From the NCBI GenBank assembly GCA_951406725.2, contig OX597824.1:41106001-41170000 (forward strand): a stretch of DNA of 64,000 bases, read 5' to 3'. A program made the translations under genes and the position numbers. Of the stretch, positions 37,876 through 51,125 are shown in pieces; the first letter of the stretch is position 1, and each line of letters begins with the position of its first letter. The notes beneath the pieces were generated by a model. The model made no database searches, was not told the origin of the DNA, and was given only the letters and a program-made list of their open reading frames with translations. This DNA is from Octopus vulgaris. Lineage: Eukaryota.

Positions 37876-38325
37876 TGGCAGAATCCATCACACACACACA
37901 CATATATATATATATCCAACTTAATGTGGATGTCTTATTAGAACTCCGGCTCCGGATATTGCGGTATTGCGAGAGTCGTCTGTTATGAGCGCCAGTATAT
38001 AGCATCGATGTTTTGATATACATACATATATAATTACATAATTGCACAACAGGAGTAACTGGTGTATTTGGTTTTGGTGAGTAAATGCGTACCTGTCATT
38101 CTAGATAAGTTACGGTTTTACGAAAAAGAAACTTGCCAACAAACTCGCTTATAATAAGTGCTGTAAACGGAACAGTACAAACGTTGATTTGTTTTTGTTA
38201 TCTACATTCAAACGATGAAGTTTTGTATCTTTGTTAGAAACTAGCTCTTTCTTCAGAGGAAAATTTCAAGTAATTAAAAACAGAAAAGAACGCACACACG
38301 CATGTATATAAATAAACGTATGTGG

Positions 38326-38396
<71 letters not shown>

Positions 38397-38397
<1 letters not shown>

Positions 38398-38647
38398 GAA
38401 GAATGCTACTGTTGCTGAGCCCCAGGAGACATCGTCTCCAGCTGGCTATACGACACACAATCTGTGTTCTTATATTTTCAAACAGTTATTCTGTGCCGAC
38501 GAAGAGAAATAACCATGAAACCGTGCGGTCCACAAATATTGCTCTGTGCTGGGTGGGGTGCTAAACTCCCCAGTTTGAAAATATGCGTGTCGTATAGACA
38601 GCTGGAGGTGATGTCTCCTGGAACTAAGCAACAGCAGCATTTGTTCC
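38397..38647. mobile_element. MITE with about 62-bp TIRs
   Basis: CCAGGAGACATCGTCTCCAGCTGGCTATACGACAC / GTGTCGTATAGACAGCTGGAGGTGATGTCTCCTGG. Confidence 0.8.
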
Positions 38648-38698
38648 AACCGGGACTGTTACACTAGGCTGGTAAATAATCTTTACTTTATATATATA

Positions 38699-38811
38699 TT
38701 CTTTTATTCTTTTACTTGTTTCAGTCCTTTGACTGTACCACCGTGTACCACCGCTTAGTCGAAGAAATCGACACACACATAGATACATACATACATACAT
38801 ACATACATACA

Positions 38812-38847
<36 letters not shown>

Positions 38848-39104
38848 TATATATTAAATTAGAGATAAAACCGCTATTAGGCAAATCAAACAGTGAAAAT
38901 CATAAGCCAATACATAGAAATAAAATTAATTAAAAATTAATCCTAAATCTAATTTTTCCCTGTAAGTTTGGATTTACTCCTTAATATTATTATTGTTATA
39001 TATATATATATATATATATATATACGACGAGCTTCTTTCAGTTTCCGTTTACCAAATCCATTCACAAGTTATTGGTCGGCCCGAGGCTATAGTAGAAGAC
39101 ACTT
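38699..39104 (-). mobile_element. Rearranged, 5'-truncated SINE family A with an AT-rich insert in its microsatellite
   Basis: 3' tail at 38699-38770 and body at 39023-39104. Confidence 0.7.
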
Positions 39105-39283
39105 AGAACGTTTCCGTATTCATTTATATGAATCGGATGATTTTTGCTTTGTTTGGAAGTGGACAAAAAAATTTTTTTTGGGGGGGAGAAAATAAAATAA
39201 AGAGGGGAAAATAGACAGGAAGAGACGTTTCAGGATAATCAAGGAAGAGGAAGAAATGTAAAGGATAAGTAAACGATAGATAG

Positions 39284-39346
<63 letters not shown>

Positions 39347-40485
39347 AAGTGGTTTCTTTTCAATTTGATGTGGTCAACCCATTGAAATTTCATTACAAAG
39401 CATTTTTCTTTTTTCTCTTCCTCCTCTTTCTCTTCTCATTGTATATCTATCAGCATATTTGTAAATAAACACATTTTCTCACATTGGCTAGATGACCTTT
39501 CAAGGAAGCGGGATAAAAACAAAAAGAGCGGAGGTTGCGGCCATCACTAAAAATAAAAGAGTTCAAAGTTCTATGCAAATGCATATTCTTTTACACTTGT
39601 ATAATCAAATTCCATATTTTGTGTAATTCCATGTTTTGCATGAGCGAACATTAAATATTAGTTACAACATTCATAAATTAGGAAAATAAAGTCAGAATAC
39701 AAAAATAATTTGAGTTTGGTACTCTTTATAATTCAGTCTATTCTCTATGTACATTTACTCAAGCATCATAAATGAGTTTTGTATGTATATTGTATATTTA
39801 GTTGGGATCCACTCTGTAGGATATAAATTATATAATAAAGCAGGGCCTGCTTAAATATATTTTTGAGTATCTTTCATCCTTTTGTAGGATTTATTTTACT
39901 TTTTCTTGCTTGCTTGGATAAGAGAGTTCAGAAGAGATCTTTTTCACAAATTACTTTGCCAAGGAGCTACATTGGATATCTTTCCTAATCAGCGGTAAAA
40001 TAGTTTTAGTATTCTTTCTCGAGTATATGTAAAGAGCTAAGTCAACATACAGTTAAGTTGCAACAGTTGTCAAAATCCTATTGTTATATCTTTCCCGCCC
40101 TACTTCCTAAAATTGACCGGTCATCTAGCCCTTGCGAGAAAATGTGTTTATTTACAAACATGTTGATAGGTATACAATGAGAAAGGAAAGAGGAGGGAGA
40201 GTAAAAAGAAGAAAAAAGAAAAATGCTTTGTAAGGAAATTTCAATAGGTTGACCACATCAAATTGAAAAGATCCCCCTCTCTCTCCTCTCCCCATCCATT
40301 ACTTTTCTTCCTCTTTCTTGATTGTTCTGAAACTCCTTTCTGTGTCTATTTTCCACCTCTTTGCTTTTCTTTCTCCTTTTTCACCTCCCACCAAAAAACA
40401 AGAAAAAAGACCCAAAAATATTTTCCTCCTCTTCTAAACAAAGTAAAAAACATCCGATTCATATAAAGGAACAAGGAAACGTTCT
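39105..40485. mobile_element. Foldback/Mutator-like non-autonomous element with about 400-bp diverged TIRs
   Basis: AGAACGTTTCC..TTTATATGAATCGGATG / CATCCGATTCATATAAA..GGAAACGTTCT; CAATTTGATGTGGTCAACC / GGTTGACCACATCAAATTG; GGCTAGATGACC / GGTCATCTAGCC. Confidence 0.8.
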
Positions 40486-40597
40486 GTTATCAGTTTGATT
40501 GATTTTGTCTTGACGAGTTCGATAAATGAAGGAAAGCGCTAATAAAGAATTATCTAAAATTCTGACTACCTCTTTTTTCTCAATATACATACATACA

Positions 40598-40678
<81 letters not shown>

Positions 40679-41870
40679 GAGGAGAATTTACAAAAAAACA
40701 AAAGACGAAGACAGGTGTAGACAACAAACAGATATATTAGTATAACGCTCGGGAAGTGACACACACACACACACATATATGTATACACACACATATATAC
40801 ATACATATATACACACACATATATATACATACACATACATATATACACACACATATATATATATATATACACACACACACAGGCACACACATATATAAAT
40901 GAGTATGTATGTGTGCGTGTATATGTCAAGATATATGTGTGTGCCTGTATACACTAATTGTATTATTCTAATCGTGTATGTATCTGTAGTGCATATGTAC
41001 TCGTCTTCATGTGTCTGTTAGTGCATATGTATATCATTAAATTTATGAGAATATTTGTTGATAGTTATGTCTTACATGTATATGCATGCTTGGTATCAAT
41101 GCCTTATTGAATGCGTGGGTGTGCGTGCATGCAGTTGTCTCTGCGTGTGTGTGTGACTGTCTATAGCTACGTATAAGTGTATTTTTGCGTGGGGAACTTA
41201 TTCTGGTATATGTGTGTGTGTATGTGTTTTTGTGTGAGCCTATATTGCAGCATAAAGGTATATTTATACATGTGTACATGGATTATGTGTGTACGCGTAC
41301 GTGTATTTGTGTACGTATTTCTCTAATTGTGAATCTGTAAAATTGTGTATGTATGGACGGCTGCTTACAAGTATTTAAACGACTGTATCTATTTGAATGT
41401 ATGCAATTATGTGTGTGTGTGTGTGGAGGTGATTTGGAGATTGCTAGATTTATAGAAAGGTAGATAGATAAACAGAGGAAGGGAGGGAGGGCGAGTGAGA
41501 TAGACATGAGGTGAAGTAGAGATAGTGGGAGAGGAAGTATGTGTTGGAGGGAGTGAGTTGGGGAGATGATATGGAATGTCGAGAATGATGGAGTTCTTGA
41601 TCACTATGTACGTTTGTGTACGAATATGCACAAAAGTGTAAAAATGTATGTGCATATCATGCATTTTTGTGAATATGCGTGTGTGTGTGTGTCCGTTGGT
41701 GGTGATGGGGTTCTGTGAGAAAGAAAAAGAGAAAGAAGAAAAGAGAGATAATACGTAAGAATGTAGCTTTTTTTTATTGTTTGCAAATGATACGTGGATG
41801 TAGGCAAGTGCTTGGAACTTTCGCTTCGCAATTCCAGGTTCGATCCTCCCGCGGTTGCATCTTGGCCAAG

Positions 41871-42585
41871 CTTGTCTGAGCAGCATTATATACACCCGAG
41901 TAAATTAGTGCAATGGGTCTTATATTATTTAGTTATTTATTGACAGTAATCTGCAGCATACACGGACCAAAATTAGGCCCCTAGATCTGTGAGGCCCCCC
42001 GGACAAATCAGTACTCTGGGCATATAGTATTTATTTGCAAGCGCTACCCGTGAATATTTCACAGAATTAGCGGTAAACTTATTGGATTATTTCTGAAAAC
42101 TTTAATCCCCCACCCCAAAAAACCCTGAAAGCATAGTCTGTGTTGTGTCTGTATCTCCTAATCATTGAAAAGTGAAGGAAATTGGAATATGATGATTACT
42201 TAATGTTCTTTATATATACACTTTATATACTTTATGCACAATTTCATAGAATTAATTCACAACACTCTCCCTCTCTCACTCTCCGCCTTACCCTCTTTTT
42301 CTCTCACATTTTTCTTTCACTTTTCGTTTTTCCCTTCAATTAATTACGCAAAAACATTGCAGACGGGCTAAGTAACGGAGATAAAAAAAACTTAATAAAA
42401 AAAAATTACACATTTCGCAGGAGTGACTTGCTTACCAACCACATGGTTCCGGATTCAGTCCCACTGCGTGGAACTTTGGGCAAGTGTCTTCTACTATAGC
42501 CTCGGGCCGACCAAAGCCTTGTGAGTGGATTTGATAGACGGAAACTGAAAGAAGCCCGTCGTATATATATATGTATATATATATA

Positions 42586-42631
<46 letters not shown>

Positions 42632-43168
42632 CGTGTGTGTGTGTGTGTGTGTGTTTGCGTGTCTGTGTTTGTCCCCCCCCCCAAACATCACTTAACAACC
42701 GATGCTGGTGTGTTTACATCCCCGTAACTTAGCGGTTCGGCAAAAAGAGATCGATAGAATAAGTACTAGGCTTACAAAGAATAAGTCCTGGGGTTGATTT
42801 GCTCGACTAAAGGCGGTGCTCCAGCATGGCCACGATCAAATGACTGAAACAAGTAAAAGGGTAAAAGAGTATTTCACTCACCACCATCTCTCCCTCTACC
42901 TTCAACTTATGTGGAAGCGTTACAGACGGGCTAAGTAACGGAGGAACAAGCAAAATTATTATAAGATTAACAGTAATCCGCAACATACATGGATCAGAAT
43001 TAGGCCCCTAGATCAGTGAGGCCCCTGGACAAATTAGTGTACTAGGTCTTATAGTATTTATTTATTTATTGACAGTAAATCACTGCATATATAGATCAAA
43101 ATCAGGCCCCTAAAGTCACGAGATCACCGGGTATGTGCCCAGTTTACTCATGCTTTAATACGGCACTG
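41871..43168. mobile_element. Composite 1.3-kb insertion in an old SINE A, flanked by a 12-bp duplication
   Basis: ATCTTGGCCAAG at 41859-41870 and 43169-43180. Contains repeated AGGCCCCTAGATC..GAGGCCCC units, family D and a SINE A. Confidence 0.6.
42416..42870 (+). mobile_element. SINE family A, full length, young
   Basis: Reverse complement of 46912-47311. Inserted in family D. Confidence 0.9.
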
Positions 43169-43459
43169 ATCTTGGCCAAGTGCTTTGTGTTTTTGGTCAC
43201 ATCCTCGAGTTGACCGAAGCCTTATCAGTGAAAGTGGATGTAGGGGAAACTGTGGAAGCCTTTTTGTTTCGTTGTCTGAGAATTACATTAAGGGTAGCAG
43301 CGTCTGACGAGTAATGAATACTACTCTTCAGTAGTATTTCTTGAGTTGGGTGTTTAGTTGATGGAACAACTGAGTATTCATCGCCGAAAGCAACGGAAGA
43401 TCGGTGATTATAAATGATGTCATTGAGAGGTAGACTTGGTGTGCTTGGGTGAGTGAGTG

Positions 43460-43467
43460 AGTATGCG

Positions 43468-43522
<55 letters not shown>

Positions 43523-43650
43523 GTGCGCGTGCGCGCAAGTGGGTAAGTATTGTTTTGTGTGGTGAAATTTGGACCACTGTGCCAGGTAGACTCAATGAAA
43601 ATGGGAAATTAAATATAAAGAAGGAAAATAGGGTGTTGATAATGATAAGA

Positions 43651-43697
<47 letters not shown>

Positions 43698-44126
43698 GGT
43701 GGTGGTGGTGGTGGTGGTGGTGGTGGAGGTGGTGGTGAATTAGAGGAAGTAGAAAGAAAACGACGAAGAAATAGAGTGAGCGTGGGAATAGAAGTGGGTT
43801 GGAGGAGAGGGAGAGAAAGAAAGAGATGGAGAGAGAGAAGGTGAGTGAAAGAGAGAGAGAGAGAAAGAGTGAGTGTGATAGAGAGAGAGAGAGAGAAAGG
43901 AAAGTAATGACAATTGGAACGAGAAAAAGAGAGAGAGGGGGAGGATGGAGAGGGGTAAAGGAAAGACGATGAAAAGGGAAATCAAAAGTGCTATGAAGAA
44001 TGGAGCGGGTAGAGAAAAAGGGAGAAAAGTATGGAGTTAAGGGAGAGAGAGGGAGAGAGAGAGAGAGAGAGAGGGAAAGTGGAAAGAGAAAGAGGAAGAA
44101 AAGGAAAGTGTGTATATGTGTATGTA

Positions 44127-44161
<35 letters not shown>

Positions 44162-44482
44162 GTATATTTTAAGAATGCTTATTTTCTGGCTCTGTGTCCT
44201 TTTCTCTCCATGATATATCCCCAGGCTGTGATATCAGGGCATGTGCACTGTGCCTCCCGGCAAGAAGGTGGTGGCGGATGGGGTGTGGGGGTGGGGGGCG
44301 GGGCGGGGGTAAGCATAGAGTTAGGATTATTGGAGGTGGTGGTGGTGGTGGCGGCGGCGGTGGTGGTATGGCACAGCCGTTACCTTTGTCATTGCCATCA
44401 CGGTTATTATCTTCGTCGCTGTCACCAATGCCACCCCCGTCACAGTAACCATCAGTATTGTCATCACAACAATCAGGATGAA

Positions 44483-44532
<50 letters not shown>

Positions 44533-44537
44533 TTACT

Positions 44538-44577
<40 letters not shown>

Positions 44578-44860
44578 GCAACAACAACTACAGCTGTAAC
44601 AACACTACTATATTATTTTCCTCACTACTACATTCCATGCATCACCGCCTATACTGTCACCTCCATCACCACCACCACCGCCACCGCCACCCCCACCACT
44701 GAAGCCGCCGCCACCACCGCCACCACCACCACCACCACTACTACTACAATTAACACCACTACCACCACCACCACCACTAACACTGCTGCTACAACAAGCA
44801 TTCGTCCATTATTATCAACACCAGAGTCTGCACGGGAACCACCACTCACCACCATCAACA
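43460..44860. repeat. Simple-repeat tract: (GT)n, (ATG)n(GTG)n, GA-rich, (CTA)n(AAC)n, (CAC)n
   Basis: Directly visible. Confidence 0.95.
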
Positions 44861-45964
44861 TCAGTCCTACATTTAAATTCTTTGCTCATCTCACTCCCTT
44901 TTTTAATATCTACAATCCATTATTTCCTCAACCCCCTACACCAGTGCCATCACCACCGTATTCCTCCATTAAAATCTTTATGAACAACTTCTCTGTCTCC
45001 CAGTCCATTATTTACCATTAATCCTCAGCCAAACCACCGCTGTTGCCATACGCCTTCTCCCACACTAGCTTTTTCTCTATGTGTATGTACGTACATGCGT
45101 TGGCAGAAATTCACTTCGCAGTTATGAAGACTCATATTCAATCCCACTGAGTAGTATCTTGAGCAAGCAGTGTCTTCTACAATGGCCTCCAGTCAGCCCA
45201 AGCTTTGTCAATGAAACTGGGCGGAAGAAAACTGTGAGGAAGCGTGTCGATTGGATTGTAACTCTAACCCTTTAGCATTAAGATTACTCTGTCAAATGCA
45301 ATGTCTATTTATTCAAATTGCTTTGAATTAATCATGTATTATCTCGTAGCTTCGATATGTTAATGGCTTCAAGATCTTGATGATGTGACAGCTTATTTTT
45401 AGATTGACATTGCTGGGTAGGTGTGAGAGGCCGGATCTGGTTGGTTTAAATGCTAAATAGCTAAGTCAACACACATTTAAGTCGATTGTGTCAGAGGTCT
45501 ACTTTAAATTAAAGATACAAGTGTTTGTGGAATACTAACCACTTACATCATTTTTCGTCGTGTTAGTTTTGTTGATCGAAAAACTGAAATACTCAACATC
45601 GAAATTTACTTGAGAGTAACGTATTTATATAGGAGTATGGCATCAGTTCGGGCGTTGCGGTTTGTAGAGTTACCCCTTACTTACCATTACTCCCAGAGCC
45701 GTCCTGACCCGGAACGGTAGCCTGTCAGGGTCTCATTTATGGGCTAAATATTTTTTCGGGGGTACAGGAGTCTCCCGTTAGTTTTGACAAAGTCGTGAAG
45801 TCAGCTCTTCTAGGGAAAAGATTCTCTGACATAAAATTTGCAGTCAAAATAGTACAAGTCATGTTGCAATGCTTATCACTGGAAACAACTATGGCGACCG
45901 AGAGAGTGGCAAAACTTTTGTCACTTAAATTCAGTGATGTACAGATCTCGTTATTCATTTTATT

Positions 45965-46405
45965 CTTTTCTTTTATTCTTTTACTTGTTTCAGTCGTTTG
46001 ACTGCAGCCATGCCGGAGCACCGCCTTTAGTCGAGCAAATCGACCCCATGACTTATTCTTTGTAAGCCTAGTACTTATTCTATCGGTCACTTTTGCCAAA
46101 CCGCTAAATTACGCGGACGTAAACACACCAGCATTGGTTGTCAAGCGATGTTGGGGAGATAAACACAGACACACAAACACACACACACACACACACACGC
46201 GCACACACATATATGTATATATATATATATATATACATATATACGACGGGCTTCTTTCAGTTTCCGTCTACCAAATCCACTCTCAATGCTTTGGTCGGCC
46301 CGATGCTATAGTAGAAGACACTTGCCCAAAGTGCCACACAGTGGGACCGAACCCATAACCATGTGGTTGGTAATCAAGCTACTTACCACACAGTCACTCC
46401 TGCAC
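45965..46405 (-). mobile_element. SINE family A, full length
   Basis: High identity to 46912-47311. Confidence 0.9.
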
Positions 46406-46911
46406 CTCATCTGACAAGATGACTTTCACTAAAAGAAAACAATTATTAAAATCGAGACTGTAGGAAAATTATATCCCAGTTTCAATATATTTTTGTGAAT
46501 ATGCAGTTTTCAAGATTCTTTTATTGTTGAATATTTCAAGTATACGCTTCAATCACAAATCAAATTTTTATTCAATGGGACGTTTCAATTCACTACAGGG
46601 TAGCGTTTTTAATGTCTTTATACTTCTGGAAATATAAAGGTTGTCCCAATATTTGAAACACTGCTTTCTACAAATTATAATTTTAATCTAGTGTGAACCA
46701 AATTATGCTGATTCCAGTATATTTTCCTATTTGTTGTGTGTTGTTGACGAAATACAAATCTGAATAAGAAAAGTGGTTTTAACTTACGTGGGTTAGGCAT
46801 AACTACTCAAGTGTCCACAGCCACGATTTCGTTTCCTCATAACTTTCAGAAAGAAAAAAAAATGGGTATTTTTTAAATGAAATTTTCTACAAACACTCTT
46901 CAGATTGTATT

Positions 46912-47311
46912 ACTCTCTTTTACTCTTTTACTTGTTTCAGTCATTTGACTGCGGCCATGCTGGAGCACCGCCTTTAGTCGAGCAAATCGACCCCGGGACT
47001 TATTCTTTGGAAGCCCAGTACTTATTCTATCGGTCTCTTTTGCTGAACCGCTAAGTGACGGGGAAGTAAACACACCAGCATCGGTTGTCAAGCAATGCTA
47101 GGGGGAGAAACACAGACACACAAACATATATATATATACATATATACGACAGGCTTCTTTCAGTTTCCGTCTACCAAATCCACTCATAAGGCATTGGTCG
47201 GCCCGGGGCTATAGCAGAAGACACTTGCCCAAGATGCCACGCAGTGGGACTGAACCCGGAACCATGTGGTTGGTAAGCAAGCTACTTACCACACAGCCAC
47301 TCCTGCGCCTA
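46912..47311 (-). mobile_element. SINE family A, full length, young (used here as reference copy)
   Basis: Minus strand reads TAGGCGCAGGAGTGGCTGTGTGGTAAG..GGTTCAGTCCC..TTGGGCAAGTGTCTT (tRNA head plus CORE-like motif), internal (TA/TG)n and (GTAAAAGA)n tail. Possibly one of the known octopus OR/OK SINEs (not verified). Confidence 0.92.
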
Positions 47312-47674
47312 TTCATTATGATTGTTTCGAAATTTATGGTGAAAATCTTTGTTAGAAGTGGCAGGATAGGAGTTTCGCATAATCTGTTTAACTTTCAGAA
47401 AAACAGCTATTCTTTCAATGAATTTTTCAATTTTAACGTTTCATATTATATAAAAAATTAGCGCGAAAAAAAAAATGCAAAAAAAGGGGTAACAAGATAT
47501 TCCATAGATCTCGATTTTATTTTGATGATTCAATTACAATTATACTGAAAAATCAAAAGGTAAAAAAATAAGAACAAAAATATTTCGGAGAACTATCCTG
47601 ACCTTCACGAAAATTTTTTGAGAGCAGTGTTTGTAGAAGGAGGAATACAATGCTAAGAATAATTAATGGTCTCA

Positions 47675-47855
47675 AAATTTTGCCCAAGGATATCAATTTC
47701 GAGGGAGAGGGGTAAATCGATTAAATCGACTCCAGTGTTCAACAGATGCGTATTTTATCGACCCCAAAAAGGATGAAAGACAAAGTAAACCTCGGCGAAA
47801 TTTGAACTCAGATACAGACAAAATGCCCCGAACGATGCTGCCAGCACGCCACCTT
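47675..47855 (-). mobile_element. SINE family B, diverged
   Basis: TTTTATCGACCCCAAAAAGGATGAAAGACAAAGTAAACCTCGGCGAAATTTGAACTCAG. Confidence 0.75.
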
Positions 47856-47883
47856 ATTGCTAGCGGTAATTATGGAATAGATA

Positions 47884-48116
47884 AAGGCGGAGAGCTGGTA
47901 GAAACGTTAGCACGTCGGGCGAAATGCTTAGCGGTATTTCGTCTGCCGTTACGTTGTGAGTTCAAATTCCGCCGAGGTCGACTTTACCTTTCATCCTTTC
48001 GGGGTCGATAAATTAAGTACCAGTTACGCACTGGAGTCGATGTAATCGACTTAATACCTATGTCTGTCCTTGTTTGTCCCTTCTATGTTTAGCCCCTTGT
48101 GGGTAATAAAGAAATA
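47884..48116 (+). mobile_element. SINE family B, young monomer with 19-bp TSD
   Basis: TSD GGTAATTATGGAATAGATA at 47865-47883 and 48117-48135. Confidence 0.92.
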
Positions 48117-48240
48117 GGTAATTATGGAATAGATATTTCTTTCATTATTTTATCGCAATCTTAATCTAAGAATGCGATAAAATAAAGAAATGAAAGAAAT
48201 TTTAGTCAAACGGTTTTTTCACGTAAGTGCGTATGTATGT

Positions 48241-48342
<102 letters not shown>

Positions 48343-48748
48343 ACAAAACAAAACTTAGATTATTTATACGACATAATCTATCATCATGTTTTGTTTTCTA
48401 TATGTACTTTGGGATATATCTGTGGTGGCTGCTTGCTTCAAATTGAACCTGAATTTAGTTTTCAATCTTTTTATTTGATCAATATTGTTTTATAAGGAAG
48501 AGTCAAAATTCATAAAGTCACCCCAGTTGTTGCTTGTCTATATTTCACCTATGTTTTTCCCAAAGCAACTGATGTTTGTTTATAGGCTTGATTGATTAAT
48601 TATTACTATTCCCAAATATAACAATATTGGTTTCAACTCGATTTTCAGATTAAAATTCTGACAATCCTCATTGAGATATGGGGGAAAAAAAAGAAAGCAA
48701 GCAGAAAGAAATGATACCCAGTTAAGGTTGCTATATAATTCACATTTG

Positions 48749-49110
48749 TGGAGGCGCAATGGCCCAGTGGTTAGGGCAGCGGACTCGCGGTCATAGGATC
48801 GCGGTTTGAGTGTTTATTGAGCGAAAACACCTAAAAGTTCCACGAGGCTCCGGCAGGGGATGGTGGTGATTCCTGCTGTACTCTTTCACCACAACTTTCT
48901 CTCACTCTTACTTCCTGTTTCTGTTGTACCTGTATTTCAAAGGGCCGGCCTTGTCACTCTCTGTGTCACGCTGAATATCCCCGAGAACTACGTTAAGGGT
49001 ACACGTGTCTGTGGAGTGCTCAGCCACTTACACGTTAATTTCACGAGCAGGCTGTTCCGTTGATTCGGATCAACCGGAACCCTCGTCGTCGTAACCGACG
49101 GAGTGCTTCC
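48749..49110 (+). mobile_element. tRNA-derived SINE (family C 3' tail, different middle) with 15-bp TSD
   Basis: TSD TATAATTCACATTTG at 48734-48748 and 49111-49125. A-box TGGCCCAGTGG. Confidence 0.9.
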
Positions 49111-50542
49111 TATAATTCACATTTGCCTGTCTAAATTCTAGTTTTTTTTTTTTCTGAAAGAGCATTTTAAGCTTCAGATATTTCCAGAATATTTGGCTGG
49201 GTATATTTATAACATGTCTGCTTGTGAAAGGTTAAAAAAGCCCATTTGCCCACCCTTCATCAAAATTTAATTTATTCTCATGTTTCTCATCCACTATCAT
49301 TTATTCTAAACATTTTTTTTATCCCATATCAGCATATGTGTTGGAGAGTTTTTTTTTTAAATTTCAAGAAATCAATATCTTTCTCAGTCATGAAAAAGTA
49401 AACCCAATAATATGGATGAAATACAATGATTTCGAATCCTCATTGAGATGCAGTGTTTAATGTAGTGAAGCTGTTGCATTTTTGCTGACTTCGAGCAACA
49501 AGTAACAGTTTTCCTCAAAATTATGGGAGTCTGGCTGGAGCTATCGGAATTACAGGGGATTACATGTCAGGAAAGTGGTCTCGTCTGAGGCTGTGTGTTG
49601 GAACTAAATCGATTGCCATGTGGAAGGCACATTAGCCATTCTGCAATGTTGTCAATCACCCGGTCGCAATTTCGAGCGACGAAAATTTTGACACCATATT
49701 AACAGTCTTTGTGTGTTTCTGAGCGGTTAATATGTCTCTTCCACTTTGCAATCGTTTTAGTTTCAACGTACGATTTCAGATCAAATTGCTTACCTGGAAA
49801 GTACACCTCTGGTATTCAAAAAACCTTTGATTAAAATTTCCTTCATTTGAACATTTTATAAATTTGATATTATTTTATTTCCTTCGAATATTTCATTGAT
49901 GTTTTTATCTGTTAAAAATTACTAACATTAATGATGAATGATAATTAAAAAGAAAAGAAGTCAACATTATTTACAGCATTAGGGCTAGCCTTTGTTTTGA
50001 CGTCATGTGACGTCATAAGTGATTTTATTTGTCTCTAAGTTTGTTTGTGTCGCCATCATTAATTAAATTTTGTTTAAGATGCATTACATCTATCTACTGA
50101 ATTGTATTACTGGAGGATAGAAAAATGTATTTTCTTAAGCAGAAAACTTTTACAACAACAATAGCTTTACGCATGACCTCTGATTCCTGTTGGCCATATA
50201 GAATTTAAGGTTGTACAGCTCTAAGCACAATGAACGACTGATACGGACTCAATCTGGGAAGACGAAGACGTATATATAAATATAAATAATGAGACTGCAT
50301 GAGTGATGGACAAGACCAGGAAATAAGTATCTTGGGCTCTCAGTCTTACTGAAAAGTATAAAGGTAAGGGCAATAATTCTTTTAGCTTTTAACGTGTTAT
50401 CATGGTCAGAGTTATACCAGTTTAGCAAGATGTTTTTGAATGTTTTTAACTAATTCTGTCTGAATATCAAGAAATTATATTGGTTCACAGGACAGTGCAA
50501 CTTGCTTAAAATCACAGGTAATAAAGGTGAGTCTTAAGAATA

Positions 50543-50760
50543 TCTTTTATCTTTTGCTTGTTTTAGTTATTGGACTACGGCCATGCTGGGGCACCACCTT
50601 CAAAGTTTCAGTCGGACAAATCGACCCGAGTACTTAATTCTGTTAAAGTTTGGTACTTATTCTATCGCTCTCTTTTTGTCGAACTGCTATTTTACGGGAA
50701 TGCAAACAAACTAACACTGGTTGTCATGATGTAGTGGTATATAAACACACACACACACAC
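50543..50760 (-). mobile_element. SINE family A 3' half, diverged
   Basis: GGCCATGCTGGGGCACCACCTT..GTACTTATTCTATCG. Confidence 0.75.
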
Positions 50761-50791
50761 ACTATTATTATTATTATTGTTATTATTATTA

Positions 50792-50822
<31 letters not shown>

Positions 50823-50840
50823 AATTATTATAAAACCATA

Positions 50841-51060
50841 TAAGGCGGTGAGCTGGCAGAATCGTTAGCATACCGATCAAAAGGCTTAGCTGCATTTCGT
50901 CCGTCCTTACCTTCTGAGTTCGAAATCCGCCGCGATCAACTTTGCCTTTCATCCTTTCGAGGTCGATGAAATAAGTACAGTTACGCACTACGATCCAAGT
51001 AAACGACTAGCTCCCTCCCTCCAAATTCCAGGTCTTTGTACCTATAGGAGAAAGGATTAT
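50841..51060 (+). mobile_element. SINE family B
   Basis: TAAGGCGGTGAGCTGGCAGAATCGTTAGC..GCCTTTCATCCTTTCGAGGTCGAT. Confidence 0.85.
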
Positions 51061-51125
51061 TATAAATTCACAGGAAGAAATAAATGCGACTTTCGTCATC
51101 ACTATCCAAAACTATATATAAAAAC

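Noticed and set aside
43300-43345. CTGACGA / TCTTCAG hammerhead cores
   Set aside because: No GAAA after stem II and no stem I or III on either strand.
44194-44861. GC-rich Gly/His/Thr-rich ORFs as exons
   Set aside because: Degenerate triplet repeats with no convincing splice signals or domain motifs.
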